From IMG/VR virus record IMGVR_UViG_3300031088_000821: a stretch of 20,000 nucleotides of DNA, one strand, 5' to 3'. The DNA is from an uncultured virus (IMG/VR IMGVR_UViG_3300031088_000821). Lineage: Duplodnaviria > Heunggongvirae > Uroviricota > Caudoviricetes. Below are positions 1 through 8,411 of this stretch, piece by piece. The first letter of the stretch is position 1; every line of letters begins with the position of its first letter. The notes under the pieces were generated by a model. It did no database searches. It was not told where the DNA came from and saw only the letters and a program-made list of their open reading frames with translations. The position numbers and the translations under genes were made by a program.

Positions 1-1
1 G

Positions 2-370
2 AAGGAGAATCTTCTTGAGATCAACGAAAGCTCCGTTGATCTTCCCCTGGGAGAGCTCACTCGCTATCTCACGTCCATTGGAATCCTGAATCCCTCGGAG
101 ACGGACGTGGAAATCGAGATAGGGCAAAAGAAGGTTCAGATCCGCGACGTTCAAAACGCCAATGTGATGAGCCTCAAGCCCTCGGCTTCGGACTTCTCCG
201 ATGGGGAGACTTTCACCTTCTTCCGGGAAGTGCTTTTGAAGTCCCTGTCGGTGCTCACCAGTGATGCTGTGAGAATCTTCTTCGGCGCCTCGCCGGGTGT
301 GGTGATCCGCCCCCTGGATTCTGACGACCTCGATGAGAACTTCTTCGTCGTGGCGGCCGTCAACGCCTGA
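2..370 (+). CDS. dnaN: DNA polymerase III beta sliding clamp-like protein, C-terminal part (5' truncated by window)
   Basis: Frame is open from position 2 (KENLLEINESSVDLPLGELTRYLTSIGIL...), upstream of the track start at 107. The pattern resembles beta-clamp domain 3: helix, VEIEI..KVQI strands, FTFFREVLLKSLSVLTSDAVRIFF (cf. IGFNxxYLLDxLxxLxxExVxxxF), and a terminal FVVAAV (cf. YVVMPM). Highly divergent. Confidence 0.6.
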   Translation, partial: KENLLEINESSVDLPLGELTRYLTSIGILNPSETDVEIEIGQKKVQIRDVQNANVMSLKPSASDFSDGETFTFFREVLLKSLSVLTSDAVRIFFGASPGVVIRPLDSDDLDENFFVVAAVNA

Positions 371-1050
371 TGGATCTCATTTCCTTCCTCTCCTACGGGG
401 CTGCCGCTATTGTTTCAGCGGCAGCCCTCTACGGAGTGGCGGCTCGTAGGCGGCGCCCCATCTACGAGGGTAGCAATCCAGCTGCTGATCGCATTGCTTT
501 CAAGGTTTCGGCAATCGTTGGTACACTTCTGGGGCTCTTCATCGCCTCCATGGAGTCGATGGCCCCCGGTGGATTGGAACTCCTGGGCTTCGCTAGATCT
601 AGCCTAGGAGCCATGGTGGCTTTTCTTGTGGCCCTTTCCTTTTACACCGATCACCGCTACCGCAAAGTAGACAGAGTGGTGCTTAGAGTGGCCATATTGG
701 CGTCCATCGGCTTTGGCATTCCTCGACTCATTGAAATGAATACCGAGGCCTTTGTAGTGCTCTACATAGTGAGCATTCTCATAGCTTTGGCCACTATGTT
801 TGTGCCAAGCATGGGAGACTCCGATGCTAGAGCTTTTGTGCTGCTCTTCGCCGCTGGCATTCCCACCTTGGGTGTGCTCTACACCTACTACGCTTTCCTT
901 GTGGGCATCGGTCTCTGGCTGGCCTATGGCCTTGTCGTAGCCGCCAAAAAGCGCACAACTAAAGTTTCCATTCCCATGGTGCCCTACATTCTTACGCCGC
1001 TAGCTATAGCCATAGCGGCAGCATCCCTTCTGGCGCCACCACTTCTTTAG
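370..1050 (+). CDS. Prepilin peptidase-like (A24, GxGD-type) membrane aspartic protease
   Basis: Multi-TM 226 aa. First Asp in FYTDHRYRKV (cf. DxxxxxIP), second in SMGDSDAR (cf. MGxGDxK), C-terminal IPMVPYI (cf. IPFGPFL). TGATG overlap with the upstream gene. Confidence 0.7.
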   Translation: MDLISFLSYGAAAIVSAAALYGVAARRRRPIYEGSNPAADRIAFKVSAIVGTLLGLFIASMESMAPGGLELLGFARSSLGAMVAFLVALSFYTDHRYRKVDRVVLRVAILASIGFGIPRLIEMNTEAFVVLYIVSILIALATMFVPSMGDSDARAFVLLFAAGIPTLGVLYTYYAFLVGIGLWLAYGLVVAAKKRTTKVSIPMVPYILTPLAIAIAAASLLAPPLL

Positions 1051-1052
1051 CT

Positions 1053-1075
1053 TCGTGGTGTGGTGCGCACCACGA
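1053..1075. promoter_or_regulatory. Perfect 14-bp palindrome GTGGTGCGCACCAC (1060-1073) / alternative hairpin 1053-1075; candidate operator
   Basis: Dyad seen directly. TCGTGGTG (1053-1060) also pairs with CACCACGA (1068-1075). Overlaps a possible -10 hexamer CACGAT (1071-1076). Confidence 0.45.
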
Positions 1076-1115
1076 TATGAGCGCCAATAGCCTTGGCCAA
1101 GAAAGTGAGAAAACA

Positions 1116-1997
1116 ATGACTGATATCCTCGAACTCATCGAACAGGATGGCGATGACCTCGAAGAAATCGCCGATGGTGAGCTTCTAGTCCTCGAGGACG
1201 ACGGCAGCGAGCTCGAAGATTCTAGCGAGCTTTCGGAAGCTAAAGCGCGGGAGCTCACCAGCGCCATTCGCGCTGCGGCGGAGGCCACCTGCATCCTCAT
1301 AGCCCGAGCCCACGAGGGCAAGGCCTACAAAGCTCTTGGCTATGCGACCTGGGCGGACTATGTGTCCAAGGAGTTCGAGTTCAGCCCCCAGCGGAGCTAC
1401 CAGTACCTCTTCCAGTTCAAGGCCATCAAGGAAATCGAAGCGGCAGCTCCCGAGGGGACCATCGTTAAGCTCACCGAGGCCCAAGCTCGAGACATCAAGC
1501 GGGAGCTACCCTTCATCACCTCTCGGATCGCCGAAGAAACCGAGGGCATGGAAGTGGATGAGGCGGCAGATCGAATCGAAGAGATCGTTCAGGAGGCCAG
1601 AGACCAGAAGAAGGCCGATGACGCCGCCATCGCCCTTAAAGAGAAGAACCTCGCAGAGGCAGAAGAGGAAGGCTATAGGGCTGGCCTCGAAGCTGGCGCA
1701 GACGCCATCCTTGCTTCGGATGGCTTTGACCTTTCCGATGGCGAAGACGAAGACGAAGATACGGGCTGGGGAGACGATGGTGGAGATAGCTCCAATGACG
1801 GCCCTGGTTTGAGCCCTCAGGTGGCAATGGACCTCCACAACTTCGTGAATGTGCTCGCAAATCAGGGAGCACTTCCCGATCCCCAGGAGCTTGTGGATGC
1901 GGTACCCGACTCGAAGTTCGCTGACATTAAGGCTCAGGCAGTCAGAGCCGAAGAGTGGTTCCACAAGTTCAACGAGCTCGCCGAGGAGCGCGATTAA
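1116..1997 (+). CDS. Acidic hypothetical protein with putative HTH-like DNA-binding segment
   Basis: Track ORF 1077..1997; ATG 1116 preferred because it follows purine-rich GAAAGTGAGA. ALGYATWADYVSKEFEFSPQRSYQYL...TEAQAR resembles helical segments of phage/plasmid DNA-binding proteins. Acidic N-terminus and linker. Confidence 0.6.
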   Translation: MTDILELIEQDGDDLEEIADGELLVLEDDGSELEDSSELSEAKARELTSAIRAAAEATCILIARAHEGKAYKALGYATWADYVSKEFEFSPQRSYQYLFQFKAIKEIEAAAPEGTIVKLTEAQARDIKRELPFITSRIAEETEGMEVDEAADRIEEIVQEARDQKKADDAAIALKEKNLAEAEEEGYRAGLEAGADAILASDGFDLSDGEDEDEDTGWGDDGGDSSNDGPGLSPQVAMDLHNFVNVLANQGALPDPQELVDAVPDSKFADIKAQAVRAEEWFHKFNELAEERD

Positions 1998-2023
1998 GCT
2001 CCATTTCATATAAGCCCTGCGAT

Positions 2024-2037
2024 CTTTGTTATTGTGA
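2024..2037 (+). promoter_or_regulatory. Repeated promoter motif, extended -10 (TG-T-TATTGT)
   Basis: CTTTGTTATTGTGA, one of five intergenic copies; upstream of RBS GAGGA (2061-2065). Confidence 0.6.
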
Positions 2038-2074
2038 GAACAATAGGGTAAACCACAAACGAGGAAGTCCAACT

Positions 2075-4096
2075 ATGCGTGGAGTTAAGAAGATCGGTGC
2101 CGGAGCTGACATCAAAAATCAACCGCCTGTACCCATCAGCATCTACAACCCCGAAGATCATGTTCCTACCCTGGACATAGATACTATGGTAGAGGACTAC
2201 AGGGACAGCCTAGATGTGGCGATCTCTCAGCTTCTAGACCCCGATTGTGGAAAAGTCATTGTGACGGGTTCTGAAGTTTCGGGTAAGACCTTCTTCGCAG
2301 CTCAAATGCTCTACAACTCCACCAAATACCTCGAGGATCGCGGCGAGGGCAAGCTAGTGCCGGTGCGAATCACCAAGTCCGATTTCAATGAGTTCGCACC
2401 ACTAGTCGACTCTTTGGAGGACTACTTCCAGAAGGTAGCTGGTCATCTGGAAATCCGCGAAGAGCAGCTCTGCATCTTTACGGACAATGCAGAAGTTGCG
2501 GGAAAGATCACCGAGTCGGGATCCTCTGTAAAAACTATCCTAGAGGCGCCCAATTCCATGCTGAGTGCGATGCATCAGGCACAGATCGCAGGCATGACTT
2601 CAGCCTGGTCGAACTGGGCTATCTTCGATGTGGCCGATCTCTATCTCAAGCGAAAAGATCTGGTCAACATGACCTACGATGTTCAGGTGGACAGGCTCAA
2701 GGCTACCTACCGAGTCGAGCTCAAGAAGAAATATCTCGTCGCTCTCGTGAACGAAGTTATGAGCATCTGCGCCGCCCTTCGCTTCAACGGCGATGACCCC
2801 AAAAATCCCTACGCTCTCATTATCCCTGCCCACTTGGCTATTTTCACCCGTCGATTCATTCAGCTGATATCTAAGAACGGTGAGCCCGAGGGCAAGGACG
2901 AGCTCCACCAGGCTGTTGTGAGAACCTTGGAGCAATGTGCAGACATTGTAGAAGAGCTTCACAATCACGCTCATCAGATGCAGATGGAAGAGGCGGGGGA
3001 TAGCTCCATCACCATTCGAGCATCTTCTCCCGAAGAGGCCCGAGCTATCATGGAACAGCAGGGTCTCACCATGGAAGATGATTCCTTCTTGGATGAGCTC
3101 TTTGAGGAAACCAGCAAAAAGAAGGACGGGGAAAAGCTCGAAAGCGACTTTAAGCCCAAGTTCCGCTCTATGACTGCCTTCGAAAAAGCCCTCAAAAAGA
3201 GCATCATCGGCCAGGACCACGCCATCGACCAGGTCGTGGACGCCCTGTCGCTGCCAGCGGCTGGCATGAACCTGCCAAATAAGCCTCTGAGAACTTTCCT
3301 CTTCCTGGGGCCCACGGGTGTGGGGAAAACTGAGCTCTCCCTGCAGATCGCCAACAATCTCTTCACAGAGCCTCTCAATGTGATCCGTCTGGACATGAGC
3401 GAATACAGCACCAAGGGTGCTACAACTGCGCTCTTCGGATCCACGCCCGGCTACATTGGCTACAGTGAAGACGGTGGAGAGCTAACCCGTGAGGTCGCCA
3501 AGAACCCCCACTCTCTGATTATCCTCGACGAGGTGGAGAAGGCCGATCCGTCAACCTGGGACTCGTTCCTCCAGGTTCTGGATGCCGCTCGAATGACTAC
3601 GGGCTCTGGGAAGATCGTGGACTTTTCAAAGTGCGTGATCGTAATGACCTCCAACCTGGGAACTCAGGAGATGAGCGCCAAGACCATAGGCTTTGGTGAA
3701 GCTGTCAAGAAAAGCCATGAGGAACTCAAGAAGATCGCCAAGAACTCGCTGAAGCAGTACTTTAAGACAGAGTTCATCAACAGAATAGACGAGATCGTGG
3801 TCTTCAACCAGTTGGACAGCAAATCTGCTCGAAAGATCGTGGAGAAGGAGCTCAAGAGCGTAGGCTCACTCATCGAGCCCCGTGGCCACAGCCTTGCCCG
3901 AGCCTCTAGCGATATTCTCGACAGCCTCTTGGAGTCGTCGGAGTTCGCACTCTTCGGAGCTAGGGATATTCAGAGAACCATCCAAAAGAAGATCTCTGTT
4001 CCCCTCGCCAAGAAGATTCTCAGCTCCGGCAAGAGCGCTAAAAAGTTCAAGATCACGAAGTCCGGAGAATCTACCTTCGAGGTAGCTGAGGCCTAA
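2075..4096 (+). CDS. Clp/Hsp100-family AAA+ ATPase (ClpA/B/C-like NBD2, degenerate NBD1, IGF loop)
   Basis: Start ATG 2075 after GAGGA; the track start at 1955 overlaps the upstream gene. NBD2 motifs: IIGQDHA, FLGPTGVGKT, LDMSEY, PGYIGY, IILDEVEKA, MTSNLG, EFINRID, GARDIQR. N-terminal P-loop GSEVSGKT with a degenerate Walker B. Confidence 0.85.
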   Translation: MRGVKKIGAGADIKNQPPVPISIYNPEDHVPTLDIDTMVEDYRDSLDVAISQLLDPDCGKVIVTGSEVSGKTFFAAQMLYNSTKYLEDRGEGKLVPVRITKSDFNEFAPLVDSLEDYFQKVAGHLEIREEQLCIFTDNAEVAGKITESGSSVKTILEAPNSMLSAMHQAQIAGMTSAWSNWAIFDVADLYLKRKDLVNMTYDVQVDRLKATYRVELKKKYLVALVNEVMSICAALRFNGDDPKNPYALIIPAHLAIFTRRFIQLISKNGEPEGKDELHQAVVRTLEQCADIVEELHNHAHQMQMEEAGDSSITIRASSPEEARAIMEQQGLTMEDDSFLDELFEETSKKKDGEKLESDFKPKFRSMTAFEKALKKSIIGQDHAIDQVVDALSLPAAGMNLPNKPLRTFLFLGPTGVGKTELSLQIANNLFTEPLNVIRLDMSEYSTKGATTALFGSTPGYIGYSEDGGELTREVAKNPHSLIILDEVEKADPSTWDSFLQVLDAARMTTGSGKIVDFSKCVIVMTSNLGTQEMSAKTIGFGEAVKKSHEELKKIAKNSLKQYFKTEFINRIDEIVVFNQLDSKSARKIVEKELKSVGSLIEPRGHSLARASSDILDSLLESSEFALFGARDIQRTIQKKISVPLAKKILSSGKSAKKFKITKSGESTFEVAEA

Positions 4097-4112
4097 TTAG
4101 CTAAGGAATAGA

Positions 4113-5072
4113 ATGCCTAAAAACGAGTTTGGCGTTGAAAGTAGCGAGTCCTCGGGCTTTGGCTTTGGCGTAGGAGACGACTTCGAAGACATGTTCGAAG
4201 ACGCCATGAATCGATCGGTATCGGATGATGAGGTAGCTCCCGCCCGTAGAACTCAAGTTCATGAAGTCCCAGCCCCGGTAGAGGTTGAAATCGAAGAGGA
4301 CTTTGCCGACTTTGATACTCCTACCTTCGAGGACACCCCGCCTGTGGTTGAACCTGTTGCTGTTGAAGAGACTCCCGCGATGGAGAGCTTTGACGACATT
4401 GGCAACGACTTCGACGGCTTCGGCGGGGAGACTTCCCAGTGGGATTCCTATGGCGACGACACCCCCGTGGACGGCAATCTCACAGATATTGCTGAGCCCG
4501 AAGTAGAAGTTGAGCCCGAACCCGAACCTGTTGCGGAAGCTCCGGCACCAACGCCAGAGCCAGAACCAGTAGCTGTAGAGCCCACCTCTAAGCCGTCTTA
4601 CCAGGTGTCCGCCCCAGAGCCCACCGAAGAGGCTATCAGCTACATTGAACAAGTCATTCTCACTTCGGATGCGATTAGACAGCTTCCAGATGGCGATGAG
4701 AAAGCTGCCAACATTTTCATCACTGGCGGCAATCCCGTGGAAAGCCATCAGGAGTTTGTCCTCGCCGCTCTGCTCGCGGACAAGCAGATCCTCAGGACTA
4801 CCGAAGCTGTGCTCGAAGCCAAGAAGAAGGACTCGGTGGATAGGGCCTTCTACATTCTGGGTCTCGATGAAACCACTTTCACAGAGCTTGGGGATCTGAT
4901 TTCCCATGATCTCGATTCGAAGATCACTATTTCCTTCCATAGGGACTACGGTGGAGACAGACTTGCCTACGCTCGAAAGCTCGTGGATCTCCTCGAAGAG
5001 CTCACCCCAGCAAGCGTAAAGCGCTTTGAGGCCGTAGTGGCGGTGCTCAAAGCCGGAGAGCCCCAGGGATAG
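4113..5072 (+). CDS. Hypothetical protein, acidic Pro/Glu-rich disordered N-terminus plus helical C-terminal domain
   Basis: 319 aa ORF after AAGGA; PEPEPV-type low complexity; TAGTG overlap with recG suggests translational coupling. Confidence 0.7.
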   Translation: MPKNEFGVESSESSGFGFGVGDDFEDMFEDAMNRSVSDDEVAPARRTQVHEVPAPVEVEIEEDFADFDTPTFEDTPPVVEPVAVEETPAMESFDDIGNDFDGFGGETSQWDSYGDDTPVDGNLTDIAEPEVEVEPEPEPVAEAPAPTPEPEPVAVEPTSKPSYQVSAPEPTEEAISYIEQVILTSDAIRQLPDGDEKAANIFITGGNPVESHQEFVLAALLADKQILRTTEAVLEAKKKDSVDRAFYILGLDETTFTELGDLISHDLDSKITISFHRDYGGDRLAYARKLVDLLEELTPASVKRFEAVVAVLKAGEPQG

Positions 5073-7894
5073 TGGCTGAGATAGATCTCTGGGCAAATGA
5101 CCCCCTCCCAGAAGATTTCGGCGCCCATTGGGGTGAAGAGCTAGCAGACTCTTCTCCAGAGAAACCCGCTGCTGAAGTTGTAGCTAATGGCTATGATGAC
5201 AGCAGGGAAGCTGAAAATCTCCCCTGGCTGGTGGTTGCCGAAAGGCGAGCAAAGACCGTTGTTCGGACAGCCTTCATTCCCGAAGGTGTAAGCACGGTGC
5301 TTCTCGAAGAGCCCAGCGGTCGGCTTTCTATCTACTGTCGCAAGGACCTCTCGGGGCTGGAGGCCTTCAGGAGCCTGTCCTACTCGGTCCACGAGGAAGT
5401 TTCGGAGGGGTGGCACACATCCGTGCCCCTCAACCCGAACATGGCCATGGTGCTTCGAGCACTCTTGCCAAAAGATGTGGAGATTTCCAAGGAGCTAAAG
5501 CTGAAGCTCAAGGCGGAAGCGGAGGAGGCCGTCTCTCCCAGGGCTGAGCTGTCCGAAAGCGGCAAGCACATCCACTTGGATGTGCCCAACGTGAAGTACT
5601 ACAGGGATCTCGCCAACAAATTGGACGCCTATCCCGTGAAGGGTGGCTACTACCGGCTGCTCATAGATAAGGCATTGGACTTGGAGTCGCTAGCTGCCTG
5701 TCTGCTCCCAGATACGGGTCGAGCCTTTCCCGCCATTGAGCTGGATGAGGCTATCTTCGAGCTCAATCGAGAGCCGATTCCCGGCTTCACGGGAAAGATC
5801 GATGAGCTCAAGGACATTTCTCCAGCTGTTCTCAATGTGGTGGCTTCTGATCTGCAGACCTGGAAGCAGAAGAAAACTAATCCAAAGACCATGGTGGATA
5901 AGCTCGCCGATTTGGGCATCACCAATCTCCATGAGCTACTCTTCTGGCTGCCTCGGCGCTACATAGACAAGTCCGATCCACAGGACATTATGGGACTCAT
6001 CGAGGGAGAGTCCGCCACCATTATCGGAGTGGTGAAATCTGCCACTCTCATGCCCAACAATGGTGGTTCAAAGTTCAGGGTTGAAACAGAATCTGGAAGA
6101 TCTGTAGATGTGATCTTCTGGCGTCAATCTTGGCTCAAGAACAAGTTCCCTGAGAACTCCGAAGTCATCGTTACCGGGAAGTTTGGTTGGTATCGGAACC
6201 AGCCCAATCTCAGCGGCGCGTCCATAGATCACTCCGACGAAGTGGCGCTGCTCCCCATTGTCCCAATCTACAACCAATCGGGCACCAAGGGTGTGAGCAC
6301 GAAGTTCCTGCTCTCCGCCATACGGGAGCTCATTTCCAGATTGGGTGATTTCCCCCTACCACCCTATCTCCAAGCCGAAGGTAGGCCCAACTACAGCGAT
6401 ACGCTCAGGGAGCTCCATTTCCCCACGAGTTTGGAAAACTGCAAGCAAGCCGTAGACGACATGGCTTACTACGAGCTCGTCCTCATGCAGGTTCAGCTAC
6501 TAGCTAACAGAAGCACCGAGGATAAGCGGGAAGGACTCCAGCAGCGGGGCGGCGTTAGCAGCTATCAACAGCTTGCGGAAGATTCCTTCCCCTGGCCCCT
6601 CACCGACAGCCAGAGGGAAGCAGTGGAGTTCATCAACGAGTCTCTGGCTTCTGATGAGGCATCTAGAACTTTGCTGAACTCGGATGTGGGCACGGGTAAA
6701 ACGGTGGTAGCCCAGCTCGCCGCCCTCCGGTCGGTGGATTCGGGCTATCAGGCTGTGCTTGCGGCTCCAACGGAGGTTCTCGCCCGACAGCTCTATTCCA
6801 CTTTCCAAAAGCTCGTGGATGGCATGGCGTCGGACCAGAAACCATCCTATGGCCTCATCGTGGGTGGCATGCCTATCCAGGAGCGCAATGCGCTGAAAAA
6901 AGGCGCCAAGGATGGCAGCCTCGATGTGCTCATTGGAACCCATTCGGTGCTCACCGGCACGATCAAATACCACAATCTGGGGATAGTGGTCATCGACGAG
7001 CAGCAGAAGTTCGGCGCCAATCAGAGAACAGATATTCTCGAAACACGCACCGATGGGAAAATGCCCGATCTTCTCATGCAGTCGGCAACTCCCATTCCCC
7101 GCTCCACGGCGCAGGTCTTCTATGGCGACATGAAGATGATCGCCCTCAAAGGAAAGCCCAAGGGTAGAAAGCCCATCGAGACCTTCTGGACTGATGAAGA
7201 CCCCAGAGAGGTTGTGGCTAATCCATTCCATGACATTTGGAAGGACATTCTCGAGGAAACCAAGAGAGGCAATCAGGCCTTCGTGGTGACTCCCATGGTA
7301 AATGAGTCGCCAAAGGTGGACGCTGCTTCGGTGGAGAACACCTTCAGAGCGCTGAGGGCAGTTTTTGGTAAGCGGGTCGCCATGGTTCACGGTCAGATGA
7401 AGCCCGAAGAGCAGAAGAAAACCATGGAGCTCTTCAGGGATAAGAGCTACGATGTGATCGTGGCCTCTTCGGTGGTTGAAGTTGGTGTGGACATTCCCGA
7501 CGCCACGAGAGTTGCTATTCTATCTGCGGGTCGCTTTGGGGCCTCTAGCCTCCATCAGATTCGCGGCCGCGTGGGTAGAAACGACAAGCAGGCTCGATGC
7601 TATCTTGTGGATCTCGGCAGCACGAAATCTGCCCAAACTCGACTTCAGGCAATGGTTGACTTCACCGACGGCTATGAGATCGCAAAGGTCGACCTCCGAA
7701 CGAGAGGTGAGGGAAAGATCTTTAGCACTAGCCAGTCCGGAGCTTCTGAGCTAGTTTTTGCCTCTCTGGCGCTCCATGCGGAGAAGATCCCGCAGGCCCA
7801 AGGAGAAGCCCAGAAAATACTCGATAGTGCCATGGCCACTAGAGCCCTCGAAGACGCCACCGAGAGATTTGCCAGCGAGAAGCGGCTTGCCTGA
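5072..7894 (+). CDS. recG: ATP-dependent DNA helicase RecG with about 240-aa N-terminal extension
   Basis: KLADLGITNLHELLFWLPRRYID, wedge/OB region, SDVGTGKT, APTEVLARQ, GTHS, IDEQQKFG, SATPIPRS, VHGQM, VEVGVDIPDA, LHQIRGRVGR, TRG motif DLRTRGEG...QSG. Confidence 0.92.
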   Translation: MAEIDLWANDPLPEDFGAHWGEELADSSPEKPAAEVVANGYDDSREAENLPWLVVAERRAKTVVRTAFIPEGVSTVLLEEPSGRLSIYCRKDLSGLEAFRSLSYSVHEEVSEGWHTSVPLNPNMAMVLRALLPKDVEISKELKLKLKAEAEEAVSPRAELSESGKHIHLDVPNVKYYRDLANKLDAYPVKGGYYRLLIDKALDLESLAACLLPDTGRAFPAIELDEAIFELNREPIPGFTGKIDELKDISPAVLNVVASDLQTWKQKKTNPKTMVDKLADLGITNLHELLFWLPRRYIDKSDPQDIMGLIEGESATIIGVVKSATLMPNNGGSKFRVETESGRSVDVIFWRQSWLKNKFPENSEVIVTGKFGWYRNQPNLSGASIDHSDEVALLPIVPIYNQSGTKGVSTKFLLSAIRELISRLGDFPLPPYLQAEGRPNYSDTLRELHFPTSLENCKQAVDDMAYYELVLMQVQLLANRSTEDKREGLQQRGGVSSYQQLAEDSFPWPLTDSQREAVEFINESLASDEASRTLLNSDVGTGKTVVAQLAALRSVDSGYQAVLAAPTEVLARQLYSTFQKLVDGMASDQKPSYGLIVGGMPIQERNALKKGAKDGSLDVLIGTHSVLTGTIKYHNLGIVVIDEQQKFGANQRTDILETRTDGKMPDLLMQSATPIPRSTAQVFYGDMKMIALKGKPKGRKPIETFWTDEDPREVVANPFHDIWKDILEETKRGNQAFVVTPMVNESPKVDAASVENTFRALRAVFGKRVAMVHGQMKPEEQKKTMELFRDKSYDVIVASSVVEVGVDIPDATRVAILSAGRFGASSLHQIRGRVGRNDKQARCYLVDLGSTKSAQTRLQAMVDFTDGYEIAKVDLRTRGEGKIFSTSQSGASELVFASLALHAEKIPQAQGEAQKILDSAMATRALEDATERFASEKRLA

Positions 7895-7902
7895 TCTAAC
7901 GG

Positions 7903-7911
7903 TGATATGGT
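7903..7911 (+). promoter_or_regulatory. Putative extended -10 promoter (TG-A-TATGGT)
   Basis: Matches TGnTAnnnT in the gap before RBS GGGAGG (7925-7930) and ATG 7935. Confidence 0.45.
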
Positions 7912-7934
7912 GGCTTTAAGGACAGGGAGGAAAC

Positions 7935-8411
7935 ATGTTCAAAAAAGTTGTAGCAATAGCGGCCATTGGCCTTACGGCTCTGGCGCTATCCTCTTGTGAT
8001 AGTAGCGATCCTGAAAAGACTCCTTCGCCTTCACCATCTACCGTAAATTCACAGGTGATTCTTGGAGGGGCGGATATTTGGGATGGTTCTAACCAATATG
8101 AAGGTGTTTTCGAGCTCAATGTGCTCAGAATCGCAGATCTACAATCCGGCGAAGTGATTATCGGTGGATCGAGCTCATGTCCTCCCGTGCCAACTGGAGC
8201 CACCTATGAGGATGGACTTCTTGAAATTGAGCTTTCGGAGGAGGACTCCGATCGAATCTGCACTATGGATCTCCGTCAGTATGGCATTTCCGTTGAGCTC
8301 CAAGAGGGGGAATGGGACCTCCAAACCAAGGCTCGGGTCGTCCAGGGCGACCGGGTCACAGATCTCGAGGTGATCTGGCCCGAAGAGAACAGCGATGAGG
8401 ACGCTCAATGA
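7935..8411 (+). CDS. Lipoprotein of unknown function
   Basis: MFKK + hydrophobic stretch + lipobox LSSC; Ser/Pro/Thr linker; Cys pair GSSSCP...ICTMDLR; strong RBS. Confidence 0.8.
   Translation: MFKKVVAIAAIGLTALALSSCDSSDPEKTPSPSPSTVNSQVILGGADIWDGSNQYEGVFELNVLRIADLQSGEVIIGGSSSCPPVPTGATYEDGLLEIELSEEDSDRICTMDLRQYGISVELQEGEWDLQTKARVVQGDRVTDLEVIWPEENSDEDAQ

Noticed and set aside
1955..2074. Track N-terminal extension of the Clp ATPase containing CDLCYC (apparent Zn-binding motif as in ClpX/ClpE)
   Set aside because: It overlaps the upstream gene and spans the promoter motif; ATG 2075 has an RBS. The cysteines are translated intergenic DNA.
4093..4104. Overlapping short palindromes CTAATTAG / TTAGCTAA at the clp stop
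   Set aside because: Only 8 bp each, with no stem-loop or U-tract; expected by chance.
4492..4625. GAGCCCGAA/CCAGAG-type short repeats as a possible CRISPR or tandem array
   Set aside because: They encode Pro-Glu low-complexity protein; no constant repeat-spacer periodicity and no cas genes.
5072..7894. Mfd (TRCF) or Cas3/defence helicase instead of RecG
   Set aside because: Has the RecG-specific N-terminal LGI..LL..PRRY and wedge region; lacks Mfd UvrB-like/RID/TRCF domains and an HD nuclease.
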